A DNA stretch of 64,000 bases from Promethearchaeota archaeon (GTDB taxonomy: Archaea > Asgardarchaeota > Lokiarchaeia > Sigyniarchaeales > SOKP01), in assembly GCA_019058245.1 (NCBI GenBank), contig JAHPZJ010000019.1:2371-66370 (forward strand), read 5' to 3'. This document shows, in pieces, positions 10,194 to 18,379 of this stretch. The notes below the pieces were generated by a model. The model did not search any database, had not been told where the DNA came from, and was given only the letters and a program-made list of their open reading frames with translations. The position numbers were made by a program, and so were the translations under genes. The stretch's first letter is position 1, and each line of letters opens with the position of its first letter.

Positions 10194-11165
10194 ATGATAA
10201 ATATTTCAAAAGACTCAAAAACGAAAAAAGATACAAATAAAAAGCAATTGGATGATAATTCTGAAAGAAAAAGTATGACTGATAAGGAAATCGCTAATCT
10301 TGATTTAGAGAGTAAAGAAACCAAGCAATTAATGGAAGAATACCAAGAGGAAACCGATAAATATGCAATTTGGCGTGGATCTATTACAGAAGGATTTAAA
10401 AAGTGGTTAAAAGGTGAAAAAATTTATGATAGAGACAAAGAAAGAATCTCCTTATATGTATCCGAAGAAACAAAGCAGGATTGGCAAAATTTTAAAGAAG
10501 CAAATGATTATCCTACGATTTCAGCTTTAATCAGGGAGAGTGTTGACAATTATATTGAACAAAAATCTGATCTTTTTGGGGAAGGATTACGTAAAATGGA
10601 TGATAAAACAATTTCGAACATTTCTCACGCCTTGAAAGAACCCTTAACAACCATTAAGGGATTTAGTCAACTTCTTTTAGAAAATTATAATGAAGAATTA
10701 GATGAAGAAATTCTATCTACTATTAAAAATATTTTTGATCAGAGTCTACTTCTTGAAAATAAAATAATTAATATTTTGGATAACATTGCTGTTGGAGAGC
10801 CGCACTCTCAATATGATATATTATTAATTGAGGATGATTTAGCAACTATCAGGTTACTTACAAGTTACTTCGAAAGTAAGGGTTATAAATGCAAAGGCGT
10901 GGTCAGTGGAACAAAAGGTATAGAAGAGTTAAGAGGCGGTATTCCAAAGCTTATTTTATTAGATATCATCTTGCCTGATATTTCTGGCTATGAAATCTGC
11001 CGAATGATAAAAGATCATAAAATATATAAAGAAGTACCTGTGTATTTATTAACTGCGATTCCAGGCTCTGAAGTAGAGAAGAAAATAGGTGAAACTCGTG
11101 CTGATGGATATATTTTAAAACCATTTGATTTTTCAGATTTTGAAGTTGTTTTTCACTATCTATGA
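10194..11165 (+). CDS. RHH + HisKA(DHp) + response-regulator receiver protein, paralogue 2
   Basis: RISLYVSEETK..W..ISALIRESV; ISHALKEPLTTIKGFSQLL; IEDD, LLD, LTA, LKPF; colinear with paralogue 1. Confidence 0.85.
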   Translation: MINISKDSKTKKDTNKKQLDDNSERKSMTDKEIANLDLESKETKQLMEEYQEETDKYAIWRGSITEGFKKWLKGEKIYDRDKERISLYVSEETKQDWQNFKEANDYPTISALIRESVDNYIEQKSDLFGEGLRKMDDKTISNISHALKEPLTTIKGFSQLLLENYNEELDEEILSTIKNIFDQSLLLENKIINILDNIAVGEPHSQYDILLIEDDLATIRLLTSYFESKGYKCKGVVSGTKGIEELRGGIPKLILLDIILPDISGYEICRMIKDHKIYKEVPVYLLTAIPGSEVEKKIGETRADGYILKPFDFSDFEVVFHYL

Positions 11166-11212
11166 CTTTTTTTACGATTAAATATAGGTTTCTTAATTTT
11201 CTTAAAAAATAA

Positions 11213-11316
11213 CGGGCTATGAGGGAATTTCGCTTTCATTATTTTTTAATGAGCGTTTCGAACCCCCGACCTGCCGGTTAAGAGCCGGTTGCGCTACCTG
11301 CCTGCGCCAATAGCCC
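11213..11316 (-). tRNA. tRNA-Lys(CUU) with a 30-nt intron at 59/60 (11227..11256)
   Basis: Acceptor GGGCTAT/ATAGCCC, D-stem GCGC/GCGC, loop CT-CTT-AA, T-stem GGGGG/CCCTC; BHB helix TTCG/CGAA with bulges AAA and ATT. Confidence 0.92.
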
Positions 11317-11355
11317 ATTTAATAAGCTATTTCTTAACGATTGAAACCTATAAAA

Positions 11356-11457
11356 CGCAGATGGAGGGACTCGAACCCCCGAGCGCTCACGCGCACCGGC
11401 TTACTCGGGTATTAAAAACTCTCAAGGCCGGCGTCTTACCAGCTAGGCTACATCTGC
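11356..11457 (-). tRNA. tRNA-Ser(UGA) with a canonical 19-nt intron at 37/38 (11402..11420)
   Basis: Acceptor GCAGATG/CATCTGC, G73, anticodon stem CCGGC/GCCGG, loop CT-TGA-GA, long variable arm, BHB helix CTTG/CGAG. Confidence 0.92.
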
Positions 11458-11634
11458 TCTTGTTTGATATTCTATTAAAATTTCTTAAATCGTAATTAAT
11501 GGCTATTAAATTAGAGTATATTCTATAAAATAAATTTTTTTCATTTTCTAATGCTTTTAAACTAATTTTTTATAATAGATAAAGAAAACTATAAATTTTA
11601 TGCTACATTGACATCTAGTTGAGTTGGTGAAGAA

Positions 11635-12123
11635 ATGAGCGGGGCAAAGGATTTTCGTTATTTAATACCTGAAAGTTTATTCAAAGAGATTACTCAAAAA
11701 GCCGCAGAAGAGTATCCTATGATTGTTCATGGATGGTTGTTTGCCGATCGTAAAGAGAATTTTGGAATCTGTACAAAATTCATTATGAACACTGATTTAA
11801 GAAAAAATAAAGTTCATGTCAAACCAAGAAGTTGGATGCGGTATAAAAAATCTAAAATCTATAATATGCGTAAGTTTAAAGCCGAAATCGGAGTGGATAT
11901 TGTCTGGATGTGGCACAGCCATCCTAGCGGTAATGAAAAACTTCACACCATTGATAAAAGAATATTAAAATATTTATCGAATGGGGTTATGATCATCGTA
12001 GTACCTGAGGTACCAGATAAAACACCTGAACAAAAAGCCCATCTTGTAGGTTGGTATTACGATAAACGGTATACAAAAAAACCAATTATCGAAAAAATGG
12101 TTTTTGAGATAATTTCTGAATAG
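11635..12123 (+). CDS. JAB/MPN (JAMM-like) domain protein with a degenerate catalytic motif
   Basis: WMWHSHPSGNEKLHTID fits HxH-x7-(S)-x2-D spacing; N-terminal YPMIVHGWL; SD GGTGA. Confidence 0.75.
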   Translation: MSGAKDFRYLIPESLFKEITQKAAEEYPMIVHGWLFADRKENFGICTKFIMNTDLRKNKVHVKPRSWMRYKKSKIYNMRKFKAEIGVDIVWMWHSHPSGNEKLHTIDKRILKYLSNGVMIIVVPEVPDKTPEQKAHLVGWYYDKRYTKKPIIEKMVFEIISE

Positions 12124-12255
12124 AAAGTATTTTTTTAAATAATATATTTTCTTTTTCTATTATTTTTTTTATGGTTTATAAAAAAATATTAAAATTTTAA
12201 AGTGTTATATTGAAATTGTATCACATTAAATTTTAATATTAGATTATATTTACGA

Positions 12256-12338
12256 GCAATCGTCGCTTAGCCTGGTAGAGCGCCGGTCTGCTAAACCGGT
12301 GTCCAATGGATTCGTGGGTTCAAATCCCACCGATTGCG
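12256..12338 (+). tRNA. tRNA-Ser(GCU), no intron
   Basis: Acceptor GCAATCG/CGATTGC, anticodon arm CCGGT-CTGCTAA-ACCGG, long variable arm, GTGGG-TTCAAAT-CCCAC. Confidence 0.96.
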
Positions 12339-12415
12339 CTCATATTATCTGATGAGGATTTTAAATATTTGGTTTTTTAAACAAAAATTAATAAAGAAAA
12401 AATAAAATTATTGAT

Positions 12416-12973
12416 TCACATAAATTTTATGTATTTATATCCTTTATCTTCAAGAATTTTAGTTAATAAAACTTTAAATACAAATTCTACATTTTCTCCT
12501 GTTTTTGATGAACATTCAAGATATTTATAGAAATTATATGATTTCATTATGTCTAACACGTCATCTTTTTTACAAACTCTTTGTTGTTCAAGGTCTAGTT
12601 TACCACCAACCATTATCAGAGGTATATGTCTAACTGTCTTCCCATATTCTGGAAGCCAATCATTTAAAGCAATTAAACTGTTATGATTAGTAAGATCAAA
12701 CATAAAAATTGCTCCAACTGAACCTCGAGCATAACTTGATATCAGGAATTTAAACCTCTTCTGACCACCAAAATCCCATATGTGAAGTGTTATTTTTCCA
12801 TTCTCCAACTCTAAGTCTTTAATATGTACTGATGCCCCAAGAGTCGCTTGCATATTTTCATAAAATTTATTTGTCATATAACGATTTACCAATGTTGTCT
12901 TTCCAACATTTTTATCCCCGAAAATACAAATCTTGTATGATAATCTTAGACCTTCTTGTCTAATTCCTTCCAT
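12416..12973 (-). CDS. Rab-like small GTPase (Ras superfamily)
   Basis: G1 GDKNVGKT, G2 ATLG, G3 WDFGGQ, G4 GKLD, G5 CSSK; no C-terminal prenylation motif. Confidence 0.92.
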   Translation of the reverse strand: MEGIRQEGLRLSYKICIFGDKNVGKTTLVNRYMTNKFYENMQATLGASVHIKDLELENGKITLHIWDFGGQKRFKFLISSYARGSVGAIFMFDLTNHNSLIALNDWLPEYGKTVRHIPLIMVGGKLDLEQQRVCKKDDVLDIMKSYNFYKYLECSSKTGENVEFVFKVLLTKILEDKGYKYIKFM

Positions 12974-13386
12974 TTTTTAGATAACTATATTTGTTTTTAT
13001 TCTTTAATAATTTTTGAGACGGTTAATGAACCATTGAATATAATATTTTACTTGAATATATCAATTCAAGAAGCTCGTAATTAAAAAAATCCTCGCACTT
13101 TTTCTTTATATGTTTAGTTTAATCATTTTTTTAGAAGTTTGAAAGCAAATGGATATTCCATTCAAAAAGTTAGTCCTATTATTGGCTCTGGCATGAAAGA
13201 TCCTTTATATAAAGGTGATGTTGTGAATCTCAAGAATTTTGAAGCATTATAGAATATAAATAAAAAATATTCAAATAAAGAAATCCCGTATTCTTATTAA
13301 GATGCTCAAAAAAGTTAACAAGAATTTTCTTATACAAAAATTTTAATTGTATTTATAACTAAACCTATTTGTAAGTTTATTAAATT

Positions 13387-13552
13387 GGGCCAGTGGTCTA
13401 GTGGTTATGGTTCAATTTTTTAAAAAAATTGAATAATAGACGTCGCGCTAATTTAATATTAAATATATTAAATCGCGAATACACCGCGAAGGTCGGGAGT
13501 TCAATTAGAAAAAAAATTTCTTTTTTTCTTGAAATCCTCTCCTGGCCCACCA
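13387..13552 (+). tRNA. tRNA-Val(UAC) with three 30-nt introns: 23/24 (13410..13439), 33/34 (13450..13479), 59/60 (13506..13535); CCA encoded
   Basis: Removing the three BHB-defined hairpins gives GGGCCAG TG GTCT AGTGGTTA TGAC G TCGCG CTTACAC CGCGA AGGTC GGGAG TTCAATC CTCTC CTGGCCC A CCA. Confidence 0.9.
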
Positions 13553-13559
13553 TTTTTTT
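13553..13559 (+). terminator. Oligo-T terminator after tRNA-Val
   Basis: T7 run immediately after CCA. Confidence 0.5.
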
Positions 13560-13566
13560 CATTCTA

Positions 13567-14349
13567 TTAGAGTATTTGTTTTATCTTTTTTGGTCTAATT
13601 GCACTTAATTTACAATTCGTAAGTCTATTTCCTATATGAGAAATAATTCCAGGTGCATCAGATCCCTCTTTTAGTAACACTATATTCTCTAAAAATCCAA
13701 ATCTCTTTACAGTTATAATGTCTCTAAAATGACCTTTTCTGGTTATTATTTTCTTAAATTGACCTTTTGTTTCTCCACTTAAAAATACACCTTCGATATT
13801 TTCTTCTAAGATTTTTTTATAAAATTGAAGAGTTTTTGGAGCAATTTCCCCTAATAATTTATTGTTTATTGTATCTTTTTCAGTAATTTTAATATATACA
13901 GGAAAATGATCAATAAAATCATAGGCATTAATAATCTGTTTTAATGATCTCTCTTTTCCTTGACATAGTTGTTCTCGTAAGGTGTATAAATTTATTAGAA
14001 CATCCGAATGTGGATTTACAATAGCACAATCAACAAACAAACCGAATCCAACTTTCCCTACATCAACTAATGATCCCCTATATTCCTTTCCAACCTTAAT
14101 ATCTCTAAATTCATTAACGGTACCAATCTCTTTCTTTAATAGATTATATACAAATCCTTCTTCTGGACCTGTGATTGTAATTTCGAATCTTTTATCAAAT
14201 TTTCTTAACTTCTTCACCTGTATTGAAGTCTCTGAAAAACCTTTAACATTTTCTTTCAAATATTTAAGATATCTAAGGTATATATCTTCTCTCTTTCCTT
14301 GATTTGAGACATTATAGATTTTGTCAAATAATACTAAATTTTGTACCAT
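13567..14349 (-). CDS. DUF2110-like archaeal protein with an S1/OB-like region
   Basis: GKEYRGSLVDVGKVGFGLFVD, GHFRDI..VKRFGFLE and DAPGII resemble DUF2110. Confidence 0.7.
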   Translation of the reverse strand: MVQNLVLFDKIYNVSNQGKREDIYLRYLKYLKENVKGFSETSIQVKKLRKFDKRFEITITGPEEGFVYNLLKKEIGTVNEFRDIKVGKEYRGSLVDVGKVGFGLFVDCAIVNPHSDVLINLYTLREQLCQGKERSLKQIINAYDFIDHFPVYIKITEKDTINNKLLGEIAPKTLQFYKKILEENIEGVFLSGETKGQFKKIITRKGHFRDIITVKRFGFLENIVLLKEGSDAPGIISHIGNRLTNCKLSAIRPKKIKQIL

Positions 14350-14509
14350 AAGAAAACATTAAAGTGTTGTTATCAATTAAAACTTAAGTATAGTAATGAG
14401 TTTTAAGAAAAATAGTTTTCTCTAAATCTATTTTTCTAAAAAGATTTATATTTAAAAATTTTTATCTTTCAATAAAATAAAAACAGATTTTTGCTTGAGA
14501 TGGAGAATT

Positions 14510-14881
14510 ATGGATGAACAAAGGTTTAATCAATTGGTAAATGCATTAAATGAGTATGAAGGTGTGGAGGAAGTTTTTCTTTTGAATGACGAAGGAGATA
14601 TTGCCTTTAAGTCGGGAGATTTTCTTCTAACAAGCGAGGAAGCTAAAGCAATTTTAAACGCATGGAAATCGAAAGAACCCGCACTATCATTTCAGAATTA
14701 TCGTTTCGCAATTCTAAAGAATGATGATATACAATTAGCTGCTAAAAATATCGGAGCGGGAAAAGGAAATATTATTGGTTCTATTACAAAAGAAGGAGAT
14801 TACTTAGTAGCTCATACTAGAGATGAGGGTATGATATTGTTAGAATGGTCAATTTTTATTAATAAAGTTGCATGGTCATAA
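14510..14881 (+). CDS. Asgard profilin-like protein
   Basis: ~123 aa; LLNDEGDIAFKSGDF and AW...PALSFQNYRFAILKNDDIQLAAKNIG.GKGNII match the Asgard profilin pattern; SD GGAG before ATG 14510. Confidence 0.7.
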   Translation: MDEQRFNQLVNALNEYEGVEEVFLLNDEGDIAFKSGDFLLTSEEAKAILNAWKSKEPALSFQNYRFAILKNDDIQLAAKNIGAGKGNIIGSITKEGDYLVAHTRDEGMILLEWSIFINKVAWS

Positions 14882-15073
14882 TTTGCAATAAAAATAAGGT
14901 AAAAAACACAAATCCTTCATCTATTGTTTTTTCAACTACACTTCACCCTTTTTTTAAAATATTTAAACAAAATATTTATTTTAGTATTTATTACTACTGT
15001 TTAACTAACGTAAAATAATAATAAAAAAATAATATAAATAGATAAATATTAAAAACTTTTAAGGTGGATCTGA

Positions 15074-15790
15074 GTGTTCCAACAAGCTGGACGGGGCTAT
15101 GATATGGCCATAACCCAATTCTCACCTGAAGGTCGGCTTTTTCAAGTTGAATATGCAATTGAAGCCGTCCGCCGAGGTACAACTGCAATTGTGTGTAGAA
15201 ATAAGAATTCAGTTGTATTTGCAGTTGAAAAGAAAAGTTCTGAACTTCAAGATGATAGTACTGGTTCAGAAAAAATATTTAAAATAGATGATCATATTGG
15301 GGTGGCTATTGCCGGATTAACTGCAGATGCCCGAGTCTTAATCGATAGAGCGAGGGTTCAAGCCCAAGTAAATATATTAAATTATGATGAAAGAATCTCT
15401 GTTAAAGATAGTACACTAAATATATGTGAGTATAAACAGGTTTTCACCCAGAATGCAGGGGTAAGACCATTCGGTGTATCATTTTTGATTGCAGGTATAG
15501 ATTCTAATGGACCTTCCTTATATTTAACAGACCCTTCTGGAGCGATGTGGTCATATTTCTCGTTCGCTATCGGTTCAGGAGCAACGGAAGCAAGGGCTTA
15601 CCTTGAAGAACATTATAATGAGGATATAAGTGATGAAGAACTAAAATTATTACCTCTGAAAACATTAAAAGAAGTAATGGGTGATAATTTAAACAAAAAT
15701 ACTTATGATATAGCCTTTATATTGAAGGAGGATAAGACTTTTAGGCTATTAAATTTGGAAGAAAAGGAAGAATTATTAACTAAAATATAG
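15074..15790 (+). CDS. psmA: 20S proteasome alpha subunit
   Basis: GYD.AITQFSPEGRLFQVEYA, GLTADARVL, RPFGVS, TDPSG. Confidence 0.97.
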   Translation: MFQQAGRGYDMAITQFSPEGRLFQVEYAIEAVRRGTTAIVCRNKNSVVFAVEKKSSELQDDSTGSEKIFKIDDHIGVAIAGLTADARVLIDRARVQAQVNILNYDERISVKDSTLNICEYKQVFTQNAGVRPFGVSFLIAGIDSNGPSLYLTDPSGAMWSYFSFAIGSGATEARAYLEEHYNEDISDEELKLLPLKTLKEVMGDNLNKNTYDIAFILKEDKTFRLLNLEEKEELLTKI

Positions 15791-15916
15791 TATCCTTAGG
15801 TAGTGATAATAAAGATAAAGGGAAACCCATTCATATTTATCTTATTACAATAAGACAAAACAACTGGAAAATATTAAGTCGAGATAATTCAATCAGTTAA
15901 TTTGTGAAATATTTTT

Positions 15917-16708
15917 ATGATTGATCGGGCAAGGATTGATTTGGGAGGATATATTGTCGGGCGTATTGAAAATTCAGGAAGAGTCTTTGAAATGTTAATG
16001 GATCCTGAGAAAGCTTGGGAAGCTAAAAAACTTATTCGTGAAGAAATTAATACTCGACTAAAAGAAGGAAAAGAAAAATCACGCCTTACCGCAGAAGATT
16101 TATTAAACGATCGGAAAATTGATTTAGAGCTTATTTTTGAGAGTTTTACCGTATTTGAAGACTTACGTAGAGGAAAAAAGGCAACAGATGGAGATATGGA
16201 AACCATTTTTAACACTACAGATGGAATAACAATTGCTGCTCATATTCTAATAGACGGAGATATAAACTGGACGAAAGCTCAAAGAGAAGAAGAGATGCAA
16301 AAGAAATTGAAACAAATAATTACTATTATCAGTAAAAATGCCATAAATCCTCAGAATAAAAAACCACATCCTTATCAACGAATAGAAAAAGCGATCGAAG
16401 AAGCAAATATAAAAATTGATTTGATGAGAAATGCTGAAGAACAAGTTGATGATGTTGTTAAAGGCATTCGAGCAATTATTCCAATTAGATTAGAACAAGT
16501 AGAGATGGCTATTAAGATTCCATCAGTATTTACAGCAAAGGGTTACAATATTGTTGCTCAATATGTTCAAATTAAAAAAGAAGAATGGCAATCTGATGGA
16601 TCTTGGGTTTCAGTAGTAAGTTTACCTGCGGGATTACAGATGGAATTGATTGATAAATTAAATAAATTAACACATGGAAGAGTCCAGACTAAGATCTTAA
16701 AAGCTTAA
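15917..16708 (+). CDS. Ribosome assembly factor SBDS/SDO1
   Basis: GRVFEML.DP, INPQNKKPHPYQRIEKAIEEA, EEWQSDGSW; position in the exosome superoperon. Confidence 0.95.
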   Translation: MIDRARIDLGGYIVGRIENSGRVFEMLMDPEKAWEAKKLIREEINTRLKEGKEKSRLTAEDLLNDRKIDLELIFESFTVFEDLRRGKKATDGDMETIFNTTDGITIAAHILIDGDINWTKAQREEEMQKKLKQIITIISKNAINPQNKKPHPYQRIEKAIEEANIKIDLMRNAEEQVDDVVKGIRAIIPIRLEQVEMAIKIPSVFTAKGYNIVAQYVQIKKEEWQSDGSWVSVVSLPAGLQMELIDKLNKLTHGRVQTKILKA

Positions 16709-16784
16709 CCTAAAATTTTTTAACTATTTCTCGTTTATATTATTTTTTAATAGGTTAGGAGAAAAAGAAAATATTAGAAAATTT

Positions 16785-17591
16785 GTGAGTAGTATTATGG
16801 AAGAAGATGAAGAATCTGTAGAATCTGACGATGAAGAGTTCGAAGATTTTGAAGATAATGAAGAAAATATACGAGATGTTGTAGTGCCTGGAGAAACTAT
16901 AACTGAGGATGTCAAAAACTATTTACCTGGAAGGGGAACGATATTAAATAAAGAAAAAAATAAAATTATCTCTTTAAACATCGGATTAAAGCAAATAAAA
17001 AAGAATTATATCAATGTAATTCCTCTTCGGGGATTTTATACTCCTCGTCCTGGAGATAAAGTTATTGCTTTAGTAGTTGATAAAAATCCTGTTAAATATA
17101 AATGTGATATTAATGCTAAAGATTTTGGTCAACTTAAACCTAAAAATACCATGAAAAAAGGTAGAACCAAAGGTTTCAGAGGAGGAGGGGGAACTTCTCG
17201 CGAGGAAATAAATACTGAAAAATTTGATATAGGAGATATATTAGTTGTAAAAATTCTTTCTGCAGATCGTTTAAATAAACCTGAATTAACTACGGTTGGG
17301 AAATATTTAGGAAAAAAAGTGGGAGGAATAGTAATTTCAATAGATCCCCCTAAAATTCCTAGAGTAATTGGCAGAGATGGATCAATGATTAAAATGTTAA
17401 AAAATTTAACTAACTGTAATATATTTGTTACTCAAAACGGGCGTATTTGGCTTAAAGGTGAAAATATTGCTCATGAAAGGTTGCTTATTGAATCAATTAA
17501 AAAAATTGCTTCGGAAGCTCATACTGTTGGTTTGACAGATAGAATGCAAGAGTATATAATAAATGAAAAAAAGAAAAGAGGTATTGAATAG
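16785..17591 (+). CDS. rrp4: Exosome RNA-binding subunit Rrp4
   Basis: VVVPGE, YTPRPGDKVI (S1), KIPRVIGRDGSM (KH), QNGRIW, AHTVGLTDR; acidic N-terminal extension. Confidence 0.95.
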   Translation: MSSIMEEDEESVESDDEEFEDFEDNEENIRDVVVPGETITEDVKNYLPGRGTILNKEKNKIISLNIGLKQIKKNYINVIPLRGFYTPRPGDKVIALVVDKNPVKYKCDINAKDFGQLKPKNTMKKGRTKGFRGGGGTSREEINTEKFDIGDILVVKILSADRLNKPELTTVGKYLGKKVGGIVISIDPPKIPRVIGRDGSMIKMLKNLTNCNIFVTQNGRIWLKGENIAHERLLIESIKKIASEAHTVGLTDRMQEYIINEKKKRGIE

Positions 17592-18377
17592 ATGCCATTA
17601 ATAATTAAAGATGAATATCCAGAGAATTTATTTCGTGAAGATGGAAAAAGGCTTGATGGTAGAGATGTTAATGAATTAAGACCTATAAAAATGGAAGTAG
17701 GTGTAATAAAAAATGCAGATGGATCAGCATATCTAGAATGGGGAAATAATAAAATTTTCGCCACTGTTTATGGTCCCCGGGAAGTACATCCCCATCATCT
17801 AGCAAAACCAGATAAAGGAGTCTTGAGAGTTTTTTATAGAATGGCAACTTTTTCTGTTTTTGATAGAAAAAGACCTGCTCCTGGACGTCGTGAAAAAGAA
17901 ATCTCTATGATTGTTGCAGATTGTATTGAACCTTTACTTTTTCTTGAGCTTTATCCTGGTACTAGTTTTGAAGTTTTTATTGAAGTTATTGACGCTGATG
18001 GTGGCACAAGATGTGCAAGTACTACAGTAGCAGCATTAGCTTTAGCTGATGCGGGTATACCTATGAAAAGTTTAGTATCAGCATTAGCTGTAGGAAAAAT
18101 TGATGGGAAAAAGGTTGTTGATCTTTCTGGTATCGAAGATAAAGCTGGAGAGGCAGATTTTCCAATTGCCATTACCTGGTATAACGAGGAAATCTCATTA
18201 TTACAATTTGATGGAGATATGGATTTAGAAGAGATGAATGAATTCCTAGATCTTGCAAAAAATGCATTAAAAGACGTACACCAAATTCAATTAGAAGCAT
18301 TAAAAAGTAAATATATTAAGCTTCAAGAAGAAACAATTCAAACTAAAGAAAATAATGATAAAAAAGGTGATGAATAA
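17592..18377 (+). CDS. rrp41: Exosome exonuclease Rrp41
   Basis: RLDGR..ELRP, ADGSAYLEWG, VYGPRE, DADGGTRCA, EDKAGEAD. Confidence 0.97.
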   Translation: MPLIIKDEYPENLFREDGKRLDGRDVNELRPIKMEVGVIKNADGSAYLEWGNNKIFATVYGPREVHPHHLAKPDKGVLRVFYRMATFSVFDRKRPAPGRREKEISMIVADCIEPLLFLELYPGTSFEVFIEVIDADGGTRCASTTVAALALADAGIPMKSLVSALAVGKIDGKKVVDLSGIEDKAGEADFPIAITWYNEEISLLQFDGDMDLEEMNEFLDLAKNALKDVHQIQLEALKSKYIKLQEETIQTKENNDKKGDE

Positions 18378-18379
18378 AA

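Noticed and set aside
9058-11165. Hybrid histidine kinase split by a frameshift
   Set aside because: DHp joins REC in frame in both paralogues, and no HATPase boxes (N, G1, F, G2) were seen nearby.
11356-11457. Possible tRNA-Sec
   Set aside because: The anticodon on the coding strand is UGA (Ser), with a 7-bp acceptor and 5-bp T-stem; TCA appears only on the opposite strand.
11289-11495. 68-aa ORF
   Set aside because: Antisense to tRNA-Ser and tRNA-Lys; spurious.
13139-13300. Possible gene remnant (LKANGYSIQKVSPIIGSGMKDPLYKGD...)
   Set aside because: Short, interrupted by stops, and no recognisable family; cannot be supported without a search.
13410-13535. Three regularly sized hairpins as a mini-CRISPR or MITE
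   Set aside because: No repeated sequence; fully explained as BHB introns of tRNA-Val.
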